From positions 119,784,001 through 119,848,000 of the forward strand of contig OX597819.1 in assembly GCA_951406725.2 (NCBI GenBank): a stretch of DNA of 64,000 bases, written 5' to 3'. The notes under the pieces are model-generated. The model did no database searches. It saw only the letters and a list, made by a program, of their open reading frames with translations, and was not told the origin of the DNA. How positions within the stretch are numbered: position 1 is the stretch's first letter; every line of letters begins with the position of its first letter. Of the stretch, positions 55,545 through 64,000 are shown one piece after another. The position numbers and the translations under genes were made by a program. The stretch comes from Octopus vulgaris (taxonomy: Eukaryota).

Positions 55545-56530
55545 TATATGCTCGCATATGTGTATGTGTGTATGTATGTGTGAGTGTATTTTGTGGTGCA
55601 CCTTTGATTATTTGCAAATTCGACTGGAAAGTCAATAACACTATATTTCGATTTCTTCCTTTGGCTCTTTATCTTTCTTTGTGTTTACATCCGACAATGT
55701 TTAAATTTTAATTCGTGTACCATTGGCAATTGTTAAGGCCAAGCGTCTAACGTTGTTTTAAATTTTATCAGTTAAGTGTTATTCTGTTGCAGCGTGGTCC
55801 GAAAATTAATTTAATGAACTGACTATAACTATCTCATTTTAATTTTTCCTTTGGCACTAAGAGAAAGGTGCACGTTAATGTGCAGAACGGGTTGTTCTTT
55901 ATTATTCACAGCCGTAGCATTTGACTATAAAATGTTCATTTAATGCTCAAGCATGCAGACACTTAACAGAACTTTCTACAATCTCGTTCCCACCAAATGT
56001 TGCTCTGATTTGCATTTCAAAGTGACTTTCAGCCTTTGTTTATTAATATTCAAATTCAAAAGCTATCGCTTTACAGCAAGTGTTGTACACCTCTGCTTAA
56101 TTGAGTCGTACTGGTTACAGATTCTGTTATTTAAAGTAATTCACTTTGATTAACGTCGCCGCGTGAGCCCTTTTTTTTTCCCTCTCTCTGCTATGAGATT
56201 CATAAGCACAACACACCATATGCGTCTGTGTTCGCACTTCCAAACAACTATAAGACTCATGTACAGGTATACACGCACTGTTGCATACAGAGCATACACA
56301 GATGCACATAAATACACAGAAGCACACAGACATTAAGTATATTTTTATTAAGAAACATACTTGGTCTTATGATCATTATATCATCAAAGTTACAGAGTAC
56401 AACAAAAATGTTTCTGTTCTTCACAAATGATCCATCAGCAAATGCACAGCTAGCATCAATGAAAAAGTTTCAAGGTATTTGAAGAAAATAATGACATTAG
56501 TTACGCGGCTATGCATACTAAAAGGGGAAT

Positions 56531-56562
<32 letters not shown>

Positions 56563-56656
56563 ACTCATACACACACACATACACACACACATATATATAT
56601 ATATATTGTATACTTACACATTGTTTGTATGTGTATGTATATCTTTATATATACAC

Positions 56657-56783
56657 ACATATAAGAGGGATAACAACTATGTGGACAACCATTATGCTAG
56701 AAGTAGATCGGCTATGGTCTTAACATAGCGGATCTATTTCTAGCATAAGGGTTGTCTGCATAGTGGTTATCCCTCTTATATGT
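56657..56783. repeat. imperfect 127-bp palindrome
   Basis: 60-bp arms, 6 mismatches, 7-nt centre GTCTTAA; TA/CA microsatellite flanks. Confidence 0.9.
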
Positions 56784-56917
56784 ATATAATACAATTTTAC
56801 TGAACCTTCATTTTTTTTCTCATATGGTTGGCCACTGGTGTGAAATTCGTGTCAATTAAATTAATATCAAACTTCTCACCCTCATTTTAAAATATATAAA
56901 CTTGGGATGCATCACGG

Positions 56918-57109
56918 AAATTTGTCAGTGAACAGGTCGCGGTCTCAAAGCGACAAAAATATTTTGGCATATTAAAATTAAATATTGAAGTGAATCTAAC
57001 GGTTTTTTGTGTGTTTCTTAAATGGCTTATAAACTCCTTCCACGCTGAAATTATTTTCGTTCCAGCACACGATCTCAGATCAGGTCACTTGCTATGCAAG
57101 TACATCTCC
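56918..57109 (+). repeat. second copy of the G3:C8 HHR repeat (core GAAA mutated to AAAA)
   Basis: Collinear with 39001..39190. Confidence 0.82.
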
Positions 57110-57946
57110 GTAATATATAAACTTTGAATGCATTAAAAAGTTTTTATATTACAGAAGACATTACAACGGCAATAAATTATTTAACAATAAAAATCAGAAA
57201 TACGTTATTACATAAAATTAATTGTACGTTATTGACAAAATTATGCCCCATAGTTTCATGAACAACGATAATCAGTATTATTGCTTTGTATAATTACTGA
57301 GATGAAGATATACTAACACACAAATATTCTTTGACACAAAATCATAATTAGACTGGTATTTATATATAGATAATAAATATTGTCTCATTTTTCGTTATAC
57401 AGTTACACAAGTATTTAAGTATATGATGCACATGTTATATATTTAAACTAGCTAAAGAATCCCGCTCCTCTTTATTCCGCATATAGAAATTCCAAATGTC
57501 ATATGTAAAATATAAAAATTACATTTTCTGTCATTCGGTGTTCATGCACACACACATATATACACACACACACACATACATACGGGAGATACGAATCCGC
57601 TTGTCTATATAAATGTGGATATGCTGGTTGAATTTTGTATCTTTCGATGTCGCTTGGTCGAATATATAATTGGTAAGATTTTCCTAGCATTTCTAAACTT
57701 TTTGAGAAATATTATGATGATAAGGAAATGAACCTTACGATTCTAATCCAGAAACGTACGTCCATAATTAATCCGAAGACTGTGAGATTTCGTTGTTTTT
57801 CTTCTTTTTTTTTTACCATATATGAGTTACAAATATTGTTGTCTGTGGAAACTTATTTTTGTAGTAAAAGGAAATAGTAGTTCTTGGCTGCTATTTCTAA
57901 TATTTTCGGTATGTGGGTTAACCAACTTGTTGCAAAAAACCCTTAT

Positions 57947-57987
<41 letters not shown>

Positions 57988-57988
<1 letters not shown>

Positions 57989-59274
57989 GAGGGACGTTCA
58001 ATAAGTAATGCCTCTGACACACTTGCAGTTGTTTGATCTAGCTGGAATTTTGCATGTGCAATTATTTATATCTCTATAGATTAAGTGGAAAATTACAGCT
58101 CTGAACTAATTGTGGTTTCTGATTTACAGATGTTTGAACTGAGTCAAGTGTGAAATGGAGCCTGTTGAGTATCGAGCAGTGATCCGGTTTTTTTATTTGA
58201 AAGGACGCACACCACGGAGACTTTTGATGAAATGAAAGTAACTTATGGTGATGATGCCCCATCATATGACCTTGTAAAACGCTGGCATCGTGAATTCAAA
58301 CATGGTCGGAACTCTGTGGAAACAGCTCCCAGATCTGGTCGTCCCCTTCTGCCATTCATGAGGCATTTGTCCGTCAAGTTGAGGCTGCCATTTTGGAAGA
58401 TCGACGCATAACTATTCGCCAAATAGCCCATTAGGTCAAGATTAGTACCAGGTCTGTGGAAACTATCATTCATGACCATTTGCATATGCAAAAGGTGTCT
58501 ACCAGATGGATTCCCAGGTTGCTCACACCTTTCCAGAAGCAAGAACGCGTCGAGTGCTCGAGGATGAATTTGGAGATGTGCCAAGAAGATTAGTCAAAAT
58601 TTTTCAAAAGACTGATTACACAGGATGAAACCTGGGCCCATCACTATGATCCAGAGACCAAAGCCCAGTCAATGCAGTGGAAGACCCGTGACTCACCTCC
58701 TCCAAAGAGGGCAAGGGTTCAGCCCTTCGCTGGCAAGGTCATGCTCAGTCTTCTGGGACCAGGACGGAGTAGTGATGACAGATTTCCTGGCAAAGGGCAC
58801 CACAATTACAGGAGCCTATTATGCTTCACTTTTGAGGCAATTAAGAGAAGCTATCAAAATCAAGAGGCGGGGCTAGATCAGCAAAGGGATCCTCCTCCTG
58901 CAGGACAACACTCCAGTCTATAACTCGCGTGTCGCCAGATCAGAAGCGCAGGCGTGCGGCTATGAACTCCTCCTCCATCCCCCTACTCTCCTGACCTTGC
59001 GCCCTCTGATTTTCACCTCTTCCCATCCATGAAGTTGTTTTTGAAAGGAAAGCGTTTCCCAGATGATGCAGCCTTGATTTCTGAAGTCACGTCGTGGTTG
59101 GAGGACCAAGGTGGGGTCTTCTACAAAAACGGTCTCCGGAGCTGCATCAAACGAGGGGAGAAATGCGTAACTCTGGGTGGTTCCTATGTAGAAAAAGACT
59201 AATAACTGTGCCAAGTTTCGTTGCTCTACTACTATGGGAAGTGGGTCAGGGGTATTACTTATTGAACGCCCATC

Positions 59275-59275
<1 letters not shown>
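57988..59275 (+). mobile_element. full-length mariner (irritans-like), transposase pseudogene 58155..59202
   Basis: TIRs CGAGGGACGTTCAATAAGTAAT and ATTACTTATTGAACGCCCATCG; TA flanks; MEPVEYRAVIRF, RWIPRLLT, ITQDETW, LQDNTP, YSPDLAPSDFHLF; several stops and frameshifts. Confidence 0.95.
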
Positions 59276-59307
<32 letters not shown>

Positions 59308-59310
<3 letters not shown>

Positions 59311-60928
59311 CTGCGGCCAAAATGTTCAGAACGGCATTGTTTTCGTCAGAAATGTAGGAATAAGTTTTCATCAAAGTTGTTTTATATTCTATAATTGTCA
59401 CAGACAATAAAAACGATATTATTTGCCTGAGATTTTGCTGTAATTTGAGAGGATAATACAAAAGCTATGGATGATTTAGTGATTTACTGCAAAAAACATG
59501 GCGGCCAAAATTATCAGAACGGTTGCTTTTACTCCGTGTTTTAGTATATTTAACCGGCGAACTCTAATGTTTTGAATATGTTTACGTGACGGTTCGTTTA
59601 CTAAACATTAGTTAGAATATCTGCAGTGTACTTTGTCAATATAATGCCACTTACTCCGTTACCAATTCGTCAGCCGATCATTAAGCTTCGAAAGAAGGAT
59701 AATTTAAGTATTGGGTCTATTACAACGATCGTTAACATGTCAAAAAGTGTTGTTCACGGTATTCTTAAGGCCTACGATGATTGTGGTTCGTGTGAAGCAA
59801 GAACGTCTACAGGTAGGCCAAGAAAACGACCAAGAGAGAAGATCGTGTTATGGTAAAATTGGTTAAAAAGGACAAATTTATAACTGCAGCTGCTGTTTCT
59901 CGGGAAATGAGCATTGCACTGAAGAAAGCTTTATCTCGAAAAACTGTGTCTCGTCGTTTAGTTGAACATGGCCAACAAGCAAGAGCACCTGCAGGGAAGC
60001 CACTGATCAGCTTCAAGAATAAAAAGTGTCATCTTACCTTTGTAACCGAACATGTGTTGTGGTTTTATGAAAAATGGCAAACGGTGCATTTCAGTGATGA
60101 ATCTAAGTTTTTGTTATTTGGCTCAGATGAAAAAAGGTACGTTCGTCGAAAAGTAGGTGAAAAATTGTCGCCTAAATGCCTTAAGACTAGTGTTAAATTC
60201 GGTGGAGGAAGTGTCATAGTTTGGGGGATGATATCTGGAGTTGGTGTGGGGCCCTTTGGTGCAATTACATGGAAAGGTAAATGCAGGAGTTTATAAACAA
60301 CTTGTAAAAGATCATGTCTTGCCTGTGCTGAGAAATTCAACTAAGCGACCACACATATTCATGCAGGACAATGCCCCATGTCACAAGGCTAAGGTGATCA
60401 TGAACTTCCTCAAGGCTGAAAAGGTTATTGTTATGGATTGGCCTGCTCAAAGCCCAGATCTCAATCCTATTGAAAATGTGTGGAATGTTCTAGGAGAACG
60501 TTCGAAAGCCAGAAATCCTAAAACAACCGAGCAATTATGGAATGCCCTTCAGGAAGAATGGAATAAGATCACCCAGCAAGAAATTGAAAATTTAATTTCC
60601 TCATGCAGTCGAAGATGTCAAAGCGTGATTGAAGCTAAAGGGCTTCACACTAAATATTAAATAATTCCAGTATTCTCAGTCATTTTTGATTATTTTGTTA
60701 TTTTTTAAACCGTTCTGATCCTTTTGGCCGCCATGGGATTTGCAGTAAATCACTAAATCATCCATAAGTTTTGTATTATCCTCTCAAATTATACCAAAAT
60801 CTCACACAATAACAAATAATATCGGTTTCATTGTCTGTGAAAAGCATAGACTATAAAACAACTTTGAAAGAAACTTATACCTACTTTTCTGACGAAAACA
60901 ATGCCGATCTGAACATTTTGGCCGCAAC

Positions 60929-60930
<2 letters not shown>
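59308..60930 (+). mobile_element. full-length Tc1 (DD34E) transposon with IR/DR ends; transposase pseudogene 59644..60660
   Basis: IRs of about 220 bp (59308..59524, 60708..60930), each with two GCGGCCAAAA--TCAGA-CGG repeats; GRPRK, FSDESKF, QDNAPCH, SPDLNPIENVW; two frameshifts. Confidence 0.95.
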
Positions 60931-60982
<52 letters not shown>

Positions 60983-61001
60983 CTGGCGATGAGATACGAT
61001 C

Positions 61002-61218
61002 ATGTGACCTCGTGAGTACCGCTGGCGATTTTTTTCCTCTGTCTTCCCTTCTCGAGTTCTTTCATTCTCCTACGTCTCCGACGAAGAGCTCCGCTCGAAA
61101 CGTTAGGCCCTCCTTCTTCTCTTCTTTCCTGAGCGTCCAATAATACTTTATTTGTTCCACGTCCTAGCGGCGTTGTTGTGTTTTTTGTTTTTTTTTGTGT
61201 TTTCTTGTTTGGATTAAC
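61002..61218 (+). mobile_element. repeat family D with HHR motif (61074..61108)
   Basis: GTCT-CCGACGA-A-GAGC-TCC-GCTC-GAAACGTT-AGGC; 3' end GGATTAAC abuts (TA)n. Confidence 0.78.
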
Positions 61219-61235
61219 TATATATATATATATAT

Positions 61236-61290
<55 letters not shown>

Positions 61291-61339
61291 TAGATATGCA
61301 CACTCTCACAGACACACTCACTAATACATATGTATATAT

Positions 61340-61374
<35 letters not shown>

Positions 61375-61435
61375 CTATCCATACCCTGACGTTAGTGCGT
61401 GGGAATGAATGGCAACGATCATGATTGCAATTTAT

Positions 61436-61498
<63 letters not shown>

Positions 61499-62754
61499 GA
61501 AGTACAGTCCATCACCAACGAAATAGGATAATATACAAAAAATACAATAAGAACAGGGCATCACCAACGAGTGAAAAATACGTAAATACTTGAGAAACAA
61601 TACTGGACAAAATACAATAAGATGTATACTCCGTCCTCATTTGTTGACTGTTAATTATTGTCTATTTCGAGCTTTCAACAAGATAGGAAACGTTCATAAA
61701 ACATACAATTTGTGGAGAGTTAGAGCTTCGAACGAAACAAACAACGACAGTTTGGTCGTACAGTGTAAACAATCGACGAAGACGAACATTACGGGACGTT
61801 AGGCCAAGACGCATTATAAAAGGTAACGCTTGGGAGAAATTTTGAAAGGATATAGAATAAATAAAAGAGAAGAAAATAGTAGAAGAGAAAAATGAGAAAA
61901 AATATCCAGAGGCGAGTAAAATGACGTCCAGCTAAAGGGCATCACGTCAAGATAAGACAGAAGTGAGAAAAATGGCCTGTAGTCAAGTGGGATCAAACAG
62001 ACAGAGGAGAAGGGGGGCAAGAGAGAAGATGAGGGAAAGAAACAAAGGGGGTGATGAGAAGGGGGGAAAAAACGAAAGAGAGTAGGATGTGGATGAAAGA
62101 TAGATAGGTGACAGCAAAGAAGGAGGGGAGAAATGGAAACTAAAAACAAATTTTGTGACATTTCGTACTGTCACAAGTAGCAAAGAAAATTAGGAATAAA
62201 GGATTTTAATTATAATTAATTGCATCAAAATATCTTTTAATCAACCTAACGACTTCTTTCTTTTTCAACATATTAACACGCGCACGCACACAAATAAATT
62301 ATAATATAGTAGCATATACACAAATAACGTTTTCTTTCCAAAAATACACTAGAATGCAAAAGCGCACAAATCTGAATTTAATGATGAGTCTAGCAATGGT
62401 ATATCAACACACTGGGATCCAGTTCCTTCTTTCAAGTTCTGACCCTGAAGAAATGTCCCTTTAACTATAATTCAATATGAATCTTTAAATTAATTTTTTT
62501 CTAATTTGAATTTATTAATTGGACAGGGAAACAACTGATGGATTGGGTTTGATATTGTTTGAAACTGGATTTTTTTCAATAAATTGATATCTATATGTCA
62601 ATTTCTTCATTTTCTTCTTTTTCTTATATGAATATATGTGTGTGTATGCATATATTATATAAATATATATCTAATGTATATATGTGTGTGTATGTATGTA
62701 TATATACGTGTGTGTATGTATGTATGTATGTATGTATTTATGTATGTATGTGTA

Positions 62755-63825
62755 CAGCATTGTATGTTTTGCTTTATGTATGTACTCCCGTACTTATCCT
62801 TCCATATCTAAACATACTCATATATATTTTAAATGATAAACTTCTGGAAAGTTTTACAGATTTTTACAGTTCCATTGATGGATTGGACCTGTTGTATTCA
62901 AATTAGCTTTCTAGTTTCTGGTTTCGAGAAGCCTAATTTCTCAAGATTAGTATTTAGGTTGAGTGTTACATAGATCAGAACCCAATAATTACAGATATAA
63001 ATCTGAACTTGTAATCTGGATAGAGTAACTACAGATTTCTCAATAGTTCAGCACAGATGTTCTCTCTTTTCCCTAACCTTCGGCTTTATGTTAACATCCG
63101 CTGGGCACCTAACTCTCACAGCTGCACACGATTCCTTTTCTATCCCAAACCATCATTGTACAAGGTCTGTTTTGCTTACATTCTATTGAGTTCTTTATTG
63201 ACACAAACCACCAGTACACCTTTCTGTTACGATTGGCTATGTCTTCTACCGCACTGCGGGTTCTTATTTCTTTGTCATCGGGGGTTATCTTTCCGGCGGA
63301 TTTCATTATAGAGTGTCCTAGCCACAAGATCGTGTCTCATCGGCAGATTATACTGTGATGACATTTTCGTACAACTGCTTATGTTGTGGGTGATATCTTC
63401 GGTGTTAACTCCACAAAGTCCGCATAGGTTGTCACATTTTACTGCTTTTCCTGCATCTCTATCCATTTTGTGCATCAGGTACTTGGTTGATATTTCCTGT
63501 TCCTGGATTGCACACTGATACCCTTCAAAGTGAAAGGTAGTAACCCGGCTATTGGTACATGATATAATTTGATGATCAATGCTGCTATCATATCCATGAA
63601 TAGTCTTCTGTTCATATAGTCTCATCCTTTTATCTGATGACACCTTGCGGTAGAATCATGCGACTTTCTTTGGGCATGTATTCTAGGGCATCAGACAAGG
63701 TATATTGCTCAAGGAGCTGCCTTCCAAGTCTTATGATGTATTCAGCCTCATGTATGCAAACTTGGTCAGGTGTGCAGTTCGGCACTTTGTGGCTAAAATA
63801 TGTTGCCGAAGGGATATGATACGAC

Positions 63826-63826
<1 letters not shown>
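62755..63826 (-). mobile_element. 5'-truncated RLE-type (R4-like) LINE remnant between (TATG)n arrays
   Basis: FEGYQCAIQEQEISTKYL, CGLCGVNTEDITHNISSC, RHDLVA, WWFVSIK..KQNRP..VWD, C-terminus GTVKICKTF; frameshifted. Confidence 0.8.
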
Positions 63827-63856
<30 letters not shown>

Positions 63857-64000
63857 TGTATGTATGTATGTATGTATGTATGTATGTCATTATTCAGTTT
63901 TATTTCAATATTTCTTACCAATAGAGAAAGAGCCTTTTTCTAACCTAAATCCAAGACTCCTTCATTGGAATTTCAACAACATCAACAGAGGATTTTTGTA

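Overview
AT-rich eukaryotic non-genic DNA, probably an octopus or other cephalopod (inferred from the SINE repertoire and the microsatellite density). No host protein-coding exon can be supported. Almost all listed ORFs are translations of microsatellites or decayed transposons. The window is a nested mosaic of mariner, Tc1 and maT DNA transposons, R4/Dong-type and L1/Tx1-type LINE remnants, tRNA-derived SINEs, one Helentron-associated element and Penelope-like element (PLE) pieces. The main signal the ORF track misses is about a dozen minimal type I hammerhead ribozyme (HHR) motifs from at least seven unrelated repeat families. They include G3:C8, U4C and A6U core variants, and several lie in head-to-head inverted structures ending in (TA)n. 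One family joins a tRNA-derived Pol III head, an (AAT)n spacer and an HHR, and a second copy shows a PLE-type 5' inversion; it is a candidate PLE-mobilised ribozyme SINE. Everything was read by eye, so boundaries of decayed elements are approximate and no ribozyme activity is demonstrated.
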